This document shows, one piece after another, positions 55,123 through 64,000 of a DNA stretch of 64,000 bases; the first letter of the stretch is position 1, and each line of letters starts with the position of its first letter. This stretch comes from Candidatus Micrarchaeota archaeon. GTDB lineage: Archaea > Micrarchaeota > Micrarchaeia > Norongarragalinales > SBBD01. The translations under genes were made by a program, and so were the position numbers. A model generated the notes under the pieces. The model searched no databases and was not told the origin of the DNA. It saw nothing but the letters and a program-made list of their open reading frames with translations. Where the stretch lies: contig JAHJQN010000003.1 in the NCBI GenBank assembly GCA_018819225.1, positions 160,001 through 224,000 of the forward strand, in the 5' to 3' direction.

Positions 55123-55977
55123 ATGAAACCCAAACTCCGCATCATCAGTCTCACGGTTGCCGCCAACCTGCTCCTCATTCTCGCCAAGCTCTTCGTGGCG
55201 CTCATTACCGGAAGCCTGGCGGTATTCGCCACGCTCATCGACTCCATTTTCGACTTGCTGGCCAGCTTCATCGCCTTTTTTGGGCTCAAGGAATCCGAGA
55301 AACCCGCTGACGCCGAACATCCCTACGGACACGAAAAATTCGAGCACGTGAGCAGCCTCGCAGTCGTCTCGTTCATTTTCTTGACCGCACTATACATTGC
55401 GTACGAAGCCGTTCAACGTCTTCTATCCCCCACCGCCCTATCCATTACGGGACTCGAGCTCGCGGTACTACTGGGAACCATTGCCCTCGACATTCTTCTC
55501 GTCCGGTACTTGAACAAACACGTCCCGCGCCATAAGAGTTTGCTGCTGGAAGCCACGCGAGCGCATTATTCTGCTGACGTACTACAAAACGGCGTCGCGG
55601 TAGTCGGCGTACTGTTCTCGAGTATGGGTTACCCGCTGGCGGATCCCATTGCCGCCCTCACCATCACTTATTTCATCGTCAAACCCGCGTTCCGCGTCGG
55701 ACAGAAGAGTTTCAGTGAACTCGTGGACACGAGTCCCTCGCCCGAAACACTTGAAAAACTGAGGGAAATCATTCGCTCCACGTCTGGCGTCAGGGGATAC
55801 ACGAAACTGCGTGCACGGCAAGTCGCCGGAAAAATTTATTTGGATTTCGAAATGCAGGTGGACGGAGCCAAGAGTGTTTCCAAAGCGCATGCCCTGGCGC
55901 ATCACTTGCAAGAACGTCTAAAGAAACGCGTTCCCGCGGTGAAAGATGTGGTCATTCACATTGAACCCAAGCGCTAA
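55123..55977 (+). CDS. cation diffusion facilitator (FieF-like)
   Basis: DSIFD, PADAEHPYGHEKFE, HYSAD, DVVIHIEP. Confidence 0.92.
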   Translation: MKPKLRIISLTVAANLLLILAKLFVALITGSLAVFATLIDSIFDLLASFIAFFGLKESEKPADAEHPYGHEKFEHVSSLAVVSFIFLTALYIAYEAVQRLLSPTALSITGLELAVLLGTIALDILLVRYLNKHVPRHKSLLLEATRAHYSADVLQNGVAVVGVLFSSMGYPLADPIAALTITYFIVKPAFRVGQKSFSELVDTSPSPETLEKLREIIRSTSGVRGYTKLRARQVAGKIYLDFEMQVDGAKSVSKAHALAHHLQERLKKRVPAVKDVVIHIEPKR

Positions 55978-57158
55978 ATCCGTTTCTCGGCCTCGTCCAA
56001 ATCGCCTTCCGCCAGCAAATCGAACACGGCTTCCGCGTCCTCCATCTCCACGCCGTTCTCCTTCAAACGCAGACGCAACCACTCCATTCCCAATTCCCTG
56101 GCCCCCTTTTTTTCCTCCCGCAGTTTCCGCAGCAAACCAATTTTCTCCTTCAATTCCTTGGATTCGAAGCGTTTCTCTATATACAATTGCAACTGCGAAC
56201 CGTACTTCGCTTCCAAAGGCTCGACGTCAACGGCCGAGGAAACGAATCCTTTATCTAAAGACCCTTTCAGGATGCACCGAACGGACGGTTTTCTCCCGGA
56301 ATGCGTTTCGGCCAGGGGCTTCAAACGCGTATCCAATGCGTCAATCACCGCATGAGGCGACGCGTTCTCGAACGAAATCTCTATAAAATGGAACGGCCGG
56401 CTATTGATTTCATGAAACCGCGCTTCCCGCGTCCGCGTATCAAACACGTAAAACCCTTTCGGTTGTTCCTCGCGCTTGCGCATCTGCGTAATGACCGTGC
56501 TACCCGGAACGATTAACCGTCTCCCGTTTTTCTCTTGATCGACATTCCAATGAATATGGCCATTCAGATACAAGTCAAAACCTCCGGGAAGCTCTTGAAG
56601 AGAAATAAAATCCTCTTTCTCGAACGGAAGCAGCTCCCGCAAACTCTGATGGAAGACCAGCAGATTAAACGCGTTTTTTTCCGGGGTGAATGAAGCGGCT
56701 TGCAAGGTCTTGCGCACGTACTCCTCGGGAACGCCTTGCATGCCCTGCACGCATACTCGCTCCCCGTCCTTCTCCAAAAGAATCTGACGCGCGTGCACGT
56801 TGATCAATAAGCCTGCTTCCGCAAGAATTTGAATGATGTTCGTCATGCCCTTGCTTCTGCGTTCGTGCGTCCCGGGAATCGCAAGCAACGGCACTCCTTT
56901 CCAAACCACTTTTTTTTCCGCGTCCGCCACTTTTTCCGTGATCGAAACCGTTGAAGAGCCCGTTTGCTGAATTTCGCGAAACACGCGCACGCCCTCGTGA
57001 ATGACTTCCTGCTTCGGCACGCGGGAATCAAACAAATCACCGGGAAGAATGATGGCATCCACGTCGCGATCCAACGCCGCCCGTAGCGCTTCGCGGGCTT
57101 GGGGAGCGCTATCTTCGCTAAAACCGAAATGCGTATCGGAAACAAAAGCCAGCTTCAT
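55974..57158 (-). CDS. mre11: Mre11-family DNA repair nuclease
   Basis: SDTHFG, PGDLFD, PGTHE, FHQ, GHIH, PGS metallophosphoesterase motifs. Confidence 0.8.
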   Translation of the reverse strand: MKLAFVSDTHFGFSEDSAPQAREALRAALDRDVDAIILPGDLFDSRVPKQEVIHEGVRVFREIQQTGSSTVSITEKVADAEKKVVWKGVPLLAIPGTHERRSKGMTNIIQILAEAGLLINVHARQILLEKDGERVCVQGMQGVPEEYVRKTLQAASFTPEKNAFNLLVFHQSLRELLPFEKEDFISLQELPGGFDLYLNGHIHWNVDQEKNGRRLIVPGSTVITQMRKREEQPKGFYVFDTRTREARFHEINSRPFHFIEISFENASPHAVIDALDTRLKPLAETHSGRKPSVRCILKGSLDKGFVSSAVDVEPLEAKYGSQLQLYIEKRFESKELKEKIGLLRKLREEKKGARELGMEWLRLRLKENGVEMEDAEAVFDLLAEGDLDEAEKRI

Positions 57159-57162
57159 ACCA

Positions 57163-57282
57163 TCAACGAATCGGTACGGGAATCACTCCCGTCACCATAA
57201 GCAGAACCACGAGCACGGTCAACGCGTAATAATTTTCTTCCTGCAACATCAGCCCGCCAAGCCCCACAATGACTAAAAACAT
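57163..57282 (-). CDS. small membrane protein
   Basis: Two short hydrophobic segments; ends 5 nt before mre11; start uncertain. Confidence 0.4.
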   Translation of the reverse strand: MFLVIVGLGGLMLQEENYYALTVLVVLLMVTGVIPVPIR

Positions 57283-57420
57283 GAACGCGTCCACTTTCTT
57301 TCCCCCACTAGTTTCTCGAGAAGGCAAACGTAATAAACATTCTGTCGCCCGCGTTCCCGCCACACCCATTAAAACGAAACCGCATGCACGGCCCACACGC
57401 TTTTAAATAGGCTTCGAGTT

Positions 57421-57864
57421 ATGGATGCGAGTCGTATGGTCGAATGGTACGTGTATGCTCTCGTCACTATGCTCTTCTTTTCCTTTGGCAACATTGCGCT
57501 GAAGGAGCTCTTGAAGAATGACGTGGGTCAAATCATTGAAAAGAACCAACCTATTTTTCTTACAGCGGTCGGGGTGCTGGTGGCCATTCTCGTCATCCTG
57601 TATTTCACGCACCTGCGCTTCTTGGTCATGCCATCGGACTTCGGCAAATTGACTCTCTTGTTTTTGCTGCTCGCGGGAATCGGTTTTATTTCGCTGATCA
57701 TGGCCGTGCAAAGCGGCAAGATCGCGTTGGTTACCGCGATCGTCAGCAGCTCGAGCGTCATGGTCGCCATCCTGTCGGTTCTCTTGCTCAATGACACGCT
57801 CTCCATAAAGGAATGGGGCGGCATCGTACTCGTCACGTCGGGCGTTATGCTCATTATTCGTTAA
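57421..57864 (+). CDS. EamA/DMT family transporter
   Basis: Five TMs; GKIALV..I...S....ILSVLLLNDTLS...WGGIVL. Confidence 0.85.
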   Translation: MDASRMVEWYVYALVTMLFFSFGNIALKELLKNDVGQIIEKNQPIFLTAVGVLVAILVILYFTHLRFLVMPSDFGKLTLLFLLLAGIGFISLIMAVQSGKIALVTAIVSSSSVMVAILSVLLLNDTLSIKEWGGIVLVTSGVMLIIR

Positions 57865-57886
57865 TGATTGAAGAGGGGACTCGGGA

Positions 57887-58951
57887 ATGATATCGGATTC
57901 GCTGGCACCGTATTTGGATTGGACCGCGTTTGGAAACACGGGCGTCCAGTACATGGACTCGCTGATTTACTTCGTCACCGTAGTCATCGTACTCTGGATC
58001 TTCAAGAAAATCGTTTTATCCGCGTTGCATACCTTATCGCGTAAAACCCGGCACACGTACGACGATTACATTATTGATTTCATCCATGAGATCAAGGCCC
58101 CCGTGTACTTACTCACTGCACTATATGTTAGTACCCAGCCGCTGACGCTGGAACCCATTCTCTCGAAAGGCATCGAATATGCTCTCGCCATCGGAATCAT
58201 GTATTACGTGGTCAAGGGCGTGAACCGCGTCATCTCGGCCTTGGTGGACGCGTACACGGAAAAACGGCGCAAGAAAGGGGAACACGACGAAGCCATGATG
58301 AACGTGTTGAAAACCTTCGCGCACGCCATCATATGGGTCGTAGCCGCTTTACTCATCCTCGATAATCTGGGTCTGGATATCGGCGCACTACTTGCCGGAG
58401 TCGGAATCGGGGGCCTGGCAATCGCTCTGGCCGCTCAAGCCGTGCTCTCCGACATCCTCGCATCGTTCAGCATCTACTTCGACAAGCCCTTCAAAGTCGG
58501 CGATTTCATCATCATCGGAAGTGACATGGGCGTCGTGAAATACATTGGCATCAAAACCACGCGCATCCAAACCCTTCAAGGACAAGAGCTTGTCGTCTCC
58601 AACCAAGAACTCACGAGCACGCGCGTCAACAATTACAAGCGGATGCAAAAGCGTCGCATCCAATTCTCGTTCGGCATCGTGTACGGAACCCCGATAGCGA
58701 AAATGAAGAAGATCCCCGGCATGGTCAAGAAAATCGTCGACGCGAACCCCCTCTGCAAAACGGATCGCGTCCACTTCAAGAAATTCGGCGATTTCTCGCT
58801 GGATTACGAGGTCGTCTATTATTTGGACAGCGCGGACTACAACGTGTATATGGACGCTCAACAAACCATCAACTTGAACATCGCGGACGCATTCGAGAAA
58901 AACAAAATCGATTTCGCGTTCCCGACACAAACCGTCCATATCCAAAAGTAA
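57887..58951 (+). CDS. small-conductance mechanosensitive channel
   Basis: GIGGLAIALAAQ...DKPFKVGDFI...IGIKTTRI...FAFPTQT. Confidence 0.93.
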   Translation: MISDSLAPYLDWTAFGNTGVQYMDSLIYFVTVVIVLWIFKKIVLSALHTLSRKTRHTYDDYIIDFIHEIKAPVYLLTALYVSTQPLTLEPILSKGIEYALAIGIMYYVVKGVNRVISALVDAYTEKRRKKGEHDEAMMNVLKTFAHAIIWVVAALLILDNLGLDIGALLAGVGIGGLAIALAAQAVLSDILASFSIYFDKPFKVGDFIIIGSDMGVVKYIGIKTTRIQTLQGQELVVSNQELTSTRVNNYKRMQKRRIQFSFGIVYGTPIAKMKKIPGMVKKIVDANPLCKTDRVHFKKFGDFSLDYEVVYYLDSADYNVYMDAQQTINLNIADAFEKNKIDFAFPTQTVHIQK

Positions 58952-58966
58952 CGCGTGAATTGAATC

Positions 58967-59608
58967 ATGGTCTGGAAGGAATTCAATCAGTGGGCCTTTC
59001 CCCACGCGCGCATGCTCACGTACGCGGAAGCGTTGGTACTCCTGATTCTTGCGTTCGTGTCAGCCGACCAACGAGGATTCGACGCCGTCGAACTCGCGTC
59101 CAACTTAGGCTTTCTAGCGTTCGCCTACATCAGTTTTGCCCTCCTCGTTACGCCGCTTCGAAAAGTTCGCCCGACGTTTTCCTTGAACCCGACATTCGCT
59201 AAAGCCCGCCGAGCCGCCGGAGTCAGCGCATTCGTAATCGCGGCCCTCCACTACCTCATCTTATTCGGATTCTTCTTCAACGGAAACCTCGACGCGATTT
59301 TTGGGTTTAACGCGAACAACGGGAACGCGTTGGTTCCCGCTTACGGAGCCCTCCTCATCCTGTTCCTGCTCGCGCTGACCTCAACGGATTACGCGGTGCG
59401 CAAGCTCGGAAAGAAATGGTTCCGTTTGCACAAGCTCGCTTACCTCGCTTATCCCTTCATCGCGTTTCACGCTTGGCGGGTCGGCAATCACTTCAAAGAG
59501 CTTACGCTCTTTAGCGGGCTCTTCTTCTTCGTATTCGCGCTCACGCTACTATTTGAATTGCTGCGCCTTTGGAAAGAGCGTTTTCAACCCGCGAACTCTC
59601 CGATGTAG
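58967..59608 (+). CDS. ferric reductase-like transmembrane heme protein (MsrQ-like)
   Basis: LLVTPL, RRAAG...LH, LALTS......LGKKWFRLHKLAY......H. Confidence 0.85.
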   Translation: MVWKEFNQWAFPHARMLTYAEALVLLILAFVSADQRGFDAVELASNLGFLAFAYISFALLVTPLRKVRPTFSLNPTFAKARRAAGVSAFVIAALHYLILFGFFFNGNLDAIFGFNANNGNALVPAYGALLILFLLALTSTDYAVRKLGKKWFRLHKLAYLAYPFIAFHAWRVGNHFKELTLFSGLFFFVFALTLLFELLRLWKERFQPANSPM

Positions 59609-60069
59609 AAATTCGGAAGGAACGAGCGGGCTTTCTCGGAATGCGAGGTCCCTGAACCCATGGGACGCGTATTGAACAACTCCGTTGAATCAATGCCGCA
59701 TCCTTGCAGGATGGCATCACCACCTCCGTGATTTCCACCGGCAATGAAGGGGTTGACATCATACACTTTTCCATCAATCAATAACCAGCAATCTTCCGCG
59801 GAACCGTGCTGCGCGATTTCACCCATCGTAAACGTTAATACGTCCTCCGATGGCACCGGCACTTCCGTTGGTCCGGGAACGTCCGTAGGCTCGATGACAC
59901 CCGTCGGCATTGGCGGTTCTTCCAAGGTCGGAGACGGCGATTCTTCAATATTTCCAGTAGGCACAGGTGATGCCGTCGGCGCAGGGGCCGGCGCTTGCGT
60001 GCAGCCCGCTAATACGAGCGAGGCCAGCGCCACGAAAGAAAACAATCCGTTCTTCAGAATAAAAGACAT
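59584..60069 (-). CDS. cytochrome b5-like heme-binding lipoprotein
   Basis: LAGC lipobox, Pro-rich linker, H....DCWLLIDGKVYDV...HGGG...CG.D.T..F...HS..A. Confidence 0.88.
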   Translation of the reverse strand: MSFILKNGLFSFVALASLVLAGCTQAPAPAPTASPVPTGNIEESPSPTLEEPPMPTGVIEPTDVPGPTEVPVPSEDVLTFTMGEIAQHGSAEDCWLLIDGKVYDVNPFIAGGNHGGGDAILQGCGIDSTELFNTRPMGSGTSHSEKARSFLPNFYIGEFAG

Positions 60070-60147
60070 GCCAAATCACCTAATAGTAAATAGAGCGAGA
60101 TTTCGATCGGTTTGAGGATTATTAACGGTTTGGTTTAATCGCTCGAA

Positions 60148-60663
60148 TCATTTCGAAAATTTCCGGTCCAGTTTTTCGAGTTTGGGCGCGATGACCAAGC
60201 GACAATACGGTGCATCGGGATTCCGATCGTAATACCGCTCATGCTTTTGCTCCGCAGGATAAAAACGATCCAAACGCCTGATTTCCGTCACAACGGCGTG
60301 CGCATGCTCAACCGCTTTTTTCCGCACGAAGAATTGCACGCGATCCATCTGGGCATCCGATGTGCACAAAATAATGGAACGGTATTGCGTGCCCACATCG
60401 TTTCCCTGGCGGTTTAACGTCGTGGGATCGTGAACGGAAAAAAAGATCGTCAACAGTTGTTCCAACGAAACCGTCGAAGAATCGAATTCGAGTTGAACGA
60501 CTTCCGCGTGACCCGTTTCCCCCGAGCACACCGTTTCATAGGTCGGGTGAATCGCATGACCGCCCGCATAACCCGGTAGGACGCTCTTGACGCCGTTCAC
60601 GCGCGCGAACACCGCCTCCGTGCACCAGAAACAGCCTCCACCCAACACAAGGGTATCCATCAT
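60148..60663 (-). CDS. msrA: peptide methionine sulfoxide reductase A
   Basis: GGGCFWCTE, GHAEVV, HDPTTLNRQGNDVGTQYRS. Confidence 0.96.
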   Translation of the reverse strand: MMDTLVLGGGCFWCTEAVFARVNGVKSVLPGYAGGHAIHPTYETVCSGETGHAEVVQLEFDSSTVSLEQLLTIFFSVHDPTTLNRQGNDVGTQYRSIILCTSDAQMDRVQFFVRKKAVEHAHAVVTEIRRLDRFYPAEQKHERYYDRNPDAPYCRLVIAPKLEKLDRKFSK

Positions 60664-60817
60664 ACCAGAACGGGATTACCGCCATTAAACGCTTTGGTTG
60701 AATATCCGACCAAAGAAACACGAATATTATCAGCCCGTCCGTCACTCCTCACAGCCGAAGCTCGGTAACAAAGGACTCATCATCTAATGAATAGATGCAC
60801 GCCCAACATTAAAAGAG

Positions 60818-61159
60818 TTACCCGAACCCGGCTTTCAACCAAACGAGCAACGCGTACGCATCCAATTCCGCGGAAGCCAGTACCGCAATAAACAGGAAGG
60901 CGAGAAGAGCGGCCAACACGGTTTTCTGAAAAACACCCACCTTCAAATCCCGCACGTAGGCCCGGTCACCCACCCGCTGTCGATGAACGAAGTATAACCC
61001 GAGAACCACGGTGGAACATACGACGTACCATTCCAGCCCAGTACGCGCACTCCCCTCGAATAACGACGGGACCCCGAAAAACAAGGTCACCGCAAACAGG
61101 GACAGCGCGTAATACGGGCGCCGAACAAAATCCTGAAACGGTTCGCTGAAACTGGCCAT
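60818..61159 (-). CDS. hypothetical membrane protein
   Basis: Three TMs from MASFSEP; divergent from the PRODH-like gene. Confidence 0.55.
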   Translation of the reverse strand: MASFSEPFQDFVRRPYYALSLFAVTLFFGVPSLFEGSARTGLEWYVVCSTVVLGLYFVHRQRVGDRAYVRDLKVGVFQKTVLAALLAFLFIAVLASAELDAYALLVWLKAGFG

Positions 61160-61243
61160 TGAACCCCAGAAGGACGTAAATGAATAAAAGCGTTCGGAAT
61201 CAACATACGGGCATAGGGCTGTTTCATGATCGTCAAAAGGAAA

Positions 61244-62311
61244 ATGGCGGAAGTCGGTTACCGCGTGTGGTCCGCTGCAGGCATAGAAAACGGTTTGAAG
61301 CACGCCGATAAGCTGCAACGACGAGGCGGAGGAGCGATCCTCAATATCCTCGGCGAACACCATCACTCTGAAAAGGCGGTCGAGCGGGATATTCAATCCT
61401 ATTACGATTTAATCGATCGCATTGCGGAACATCGTGTCAAAACGGGCAGACAATGGGCTCGGTCCAATGCGCGCATTTCCATCAAACCCACGCAATTCGG
61501 ATTTCACTCAATAGCTCCAGAAGGAGGTCGCAGTAAGTTCACCATGGAAAACCTGTGGGCCATCATTAATTACGCCACCAAAAACGGAATCAAAGTCGAA
61601 ATGGATATTGAAGATTCCTCTTCCCATAATTTCACGATTCGGGCCTATCGAGAATTTGCACGACGGTTAAATGTGGGAGGAAGAAATGGGATGTTGGCAC
61701 TCGCCTTACAAGCCAACTATCCAAGAAACCACGCCTTAGGCTTGATGCGCCGTGTTCTCTCATTAGCTGAAAATCAGAAAATTCCGGTGGGCCTCCGGTT
61801 ATGTAAAGGGATATATCAACCCCCGAACGACCCGAACGCTCTCTCGGAGCAAACGCATTTGGCATCCATCCTGCAAAATTACCGCAGCATGGTGGTCTTA
61901 TCTCACAACTTTCAAGTTCAACATCCGGGATTGCTGAAAATCGCCATGGCTTCGCATCGGGACGATATGCATGACCTAGCGGATACGCTCGTCAAAGATC
62001 ACGAAACCCAGATGCTGAAAGGGATTCGTGGGCCCTTCAAACGCATGCTCGCCCGAGAAGGAAAAGGCATTTGGGAGTATACGCCCATTGCCATTTCCTC
62101 CACGGAAAAAACGAAAAAACCCCGAAACATATTCAAGCGCGTGGGACGGTCGTGGCGCATTGAACGCGAACGACAACAATCCGCAGGCGCTTATGCCGAA
62201 CGCCGCTTCGGAAAAGCCATGAAATTGCTCTGGCGAACAGGAACGGACTATGTGACGCCCAAGTATTTTCCGCCTATCCGGATAGGAAAAAAGCGTTCGC
62301 GCGAAGAGTAA
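61244..62311 (+). CDS. proline dehydrogenase-like flavoprotein (divergent)
   Basis: LNILGE, ISIKPTQFG, MDIEDS, LQA, LRLCKGIY, ASH, QML.GI, Y..RR motifs of monofunctional PRODH. Confidence 0.75.
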   Translation: MAEVGYRVWSAAGIENGLKHADKLQRRGGGAILNILGEHHHSEKAVERDIQSYYDLIDRIAEHRVKTGRQWARSNARISIKPTQFGFHSIAPEGGRSKFTMENLWAIINYATKNGIKVEMDIEDSSSHNFTIRAYREFARRLNVGGRNGMLALALQANYPRNHALGLMRRVLSLAENQKIPVGLRLCKGIYQPPNDPNALSEQTHLASILQNYRSMVVLSHNFQVQHPGLLKIAMASHRDDMHDLADTLVKDHETQMLKGIRGPFKRMLAREGKGIWEYTPIAISSTEKTKKPRNIFKRVGRSWRIERERQQSAGAYAERRFGKAMKLLWRTGTDYVTPKYFPPIRIGKKRSREE

Positions 62312-62345
62312 AAAGGAGGAGACTACCTTAAACGAGACGATACGA

Positions 62346-62993
62346 ATGAATGCGAAACAAAAAGCGCGAGCCATTATCCAACGCCTGCGCTCACGATATC
62401 CCGAAGCCATGACGGGACTCGATTACGGAACTCCGATTCAACTACTGATTTCAACGATCTTGAGCGCGCAATGCACGGATGCACGCGTGAATCACGTCAC
62501 GCCAAAATTGTTCAAAAAATTCAAGAACGCTTCCGACTTTGCTCGAGCGAATCGCATCGAACTGGAACAGCGGATTCGAAGCACGGGCTATTACCACGCG
62601 AAAGCCCGACACATTCAACGGGCGAGCCGGATGATCATTGAACGGTTTAACGGAAAGGTTCCGAAAACCATGGAAGAGCTGGTGCAGCTTCCCGGCGTCG
62701 GAAGAAAAACCGCGAACATCGTACTCGGAAATGCGTTCGGGATCTTAGACGGTATCCCCGTGGATACGCATGTCCAACGCGTGTCGAAACGACTGGGATT
62801 AACGCATCACAAGGATCCAGCAAAGATTGAGCGCGATTTGATGAAACTCGTTCGAAAAAGCGAACGCCTGCTTATTTCCGACCTCTTGATTTTTCACGGA
62901 CGCGCCATCTGCAACGCCAGAAAACCGCACTGCAGTCAGTGTACGATAAGAACCTGGTGCTCTTCAGCCGGAACCGTTCCGGGAAATTGGTGA
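62346..62993 (+). CDS. nth: endonuclease III
   Basis: ILSAQCTD, LPGVGRKTAN, VDTHV, C..RKP.C..C.....C Fe-S motif. Confidence 0.96.
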   Translation: MNAKQKARAIIQRLRSRYPEAMTGLDYGTPIQLLISTILSAQCTDARVNHVTPKLFKKFKNASDFARANRIELEQRIRSTGYYHAKARHIQRASRMIIERFNGKVPKTMEELVQLPGVGRKTANIVLGNAFGILDGIPVDTHVQRVSKRLGLTHHKDPAKIERDLMKLVRKSERLLISDLLIFHGRAICNARKPHCSQCTIRTWCSSAGTVPGNW

Positions 62994-63056
62994 GCGAGCA
63001 AGCATTTTATTAAAAAGAGAGCCATGCCATAATTAGATCAGAGAGGTTGAAACCGA

Positions 63057-64000
63057 TTGGTCCAGCGAATCCTTAAACACGTAGCGGACGTGATATTATT
63101 CGTAGGCGTCGCGTTGCTGGTTCCCGCTCTTTTCGCGTATTCCCAAGGAGAATCCATGTTCCTCCCTCTGCTCCTTCTCGCGTTCCTCATGATTCTTCCG
63201 GGCCTTCCGAGGCTCATGAGCAACTTCGGGCAATTCGCGCGAGAAACGGCCACGGGATGGTGGCACCGCCTTCAAGGAAAACCCGTGGAAGGCCGTCCTT
63301 GGAACTTCGCCGTATCGCTTCTCACGCTTCAATTCATTAAAGCCAAACAAGCCGAACGCTTGAGCCGCTCGGAAGCGCTCGTGATTGCCTCACTCGCCTG
63401 GCTCATTATACCCCTCGTCGGCACGATCCCCTACATGGCGGCAGGATTTCAAATGGAGAACGCATTATTCGAAAGCGTTTCCGGATGGACCTCGACGGGT
63501 TTAACGACGATCGCATCCCCCGAAACCCTTCCATTGAGCTTGATTTTCTTCCGCAGCTTCACGCAATGGGTCGGCGGAGTCGGAATCATCATTTTCGCGC
63601 TCATCGTTATCAAGGCGCCGGCCGCCAGCGAGTTACTGAAAGCCGAGGGACGGGAAGGAATCGATGTCGGCATTCGGAACACGGTGAACAAAATCTGGCT
63701 CATTTACTTCACGCTCACGATCTTGGGCGCGTTATTCCTATGGTTTTCAGGCCTCACCGTTTTTCAAGCGATCAATATGGCCATGGCCGCCATCGCCACC
63801 GGTGGTTTCCTTCCATCGCACAGTCTGGCGTTTACGGTATTTCAGAAAATCATCATGATCCTCATCATGATGGCCGGGGCCACGAGCTTCGCACTGCATT
63901 CCGAGTTCTTTCAAGGACGGTTCCAAAAAATGGTTCACAACACGGAATTCAAAGTCTTGCTGATGGCGATTCCGTTGTTCGCCGTTATCATGTACTTGCT
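63057..64000 (+). CDS. trkH: TrkH potassium uptake membrane protein, truncated by the window edge
   Basis: Manual translation from TTG at 63057: FESVSGWTSTGLT, FRSFTQWVGGVGII, AIATGGF pore motifs. Confidence 0.88.
   Translation, partial: MVQRILKHVADVILFVGVALLVPALFAYSQGESMFLPLLLLAFLMILPGLPRLMSNFGQFARETATGWWHRLQGKPVEGRPWNFAVSLLTLQFIKAKQAERLSRSEALVIASLAWLIIPLVGTIPYMAAGFQMENALFESVSGWTSTGLTTIASPETLPLSLIFFRSFTQWVGGVGIIIFALIVIKAPAASELLKAEGREGIDVGIRNTVNKIWLIYFTLTILGALFLWFSGLTVFQAINMAMAAIATGGFLPSHSLAFTVFQKIIMILIMMAGATSFALHSEFFQGRFQKMVHNTEFKVLLMAIPLFAVIMYL

Noticed and set aside
1-64000. CRISPR array, cas genes or rRNA
   Set aside because: No run of equal-length repeats with unique spacers; the 20-nt-periodic repeats at 24901-24953 are too short and end in a transposon-like terminus.

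Overview
Archaeal chromosomal window, most likely a DPANN lineage such as Micrarchaeota (inferred from gene content: Methanococcus-type S-layer protein, rpoE1-spt4-rps24e-rps27ae, archaeal AdkA and AsnA, PINA ATPase, aCPSF2, Pcc1, an intron-containing tRNA, and many class III signal-peptide proteins). The backbone carries housekeeping, transport and repair genes plus a rich surface-protein repertoire: four tandem pilin-like lectin-domain genes, a 1,875-aa Cys-rich anchored protein with two partner genes, a pilin-like beta-helix protein and the S-layer gene. An AT-richer accessory island (~24.1-31.9 kb) holds the most interesting signal. It contains an IS5-family (IS903-like) cargo transposon (26284-31901) carrying an RHH regulator, a GHKL/MORC ATPase with a structured ~200-nt leader, Dcm, Vsr and a putative restriction endonuclease. 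Two further co-oriented IS903-type right ends (GCAAAGCC preceded by ~20-nt-periodic repeats) delimit two transposase-less cassettes: an uncharacterised operon of two small paralogues plus a caspase/CHAT-fold protease, and an RNase H-like nuclease gene. Together this looks like a defence-cassette array built by repeated same-site transposition just upstream of a TATA box. Also notable are a tRNA-Lys(UUU) with two BHB introns, two gene-end duplications each enclosing a similar palindrome, a CBS-HPF fusion and an MsrQ-like/cytochrome b5/MsrA cluster. No CRISPR array or rRNA was seen. All calls are by eye; no searches were run.
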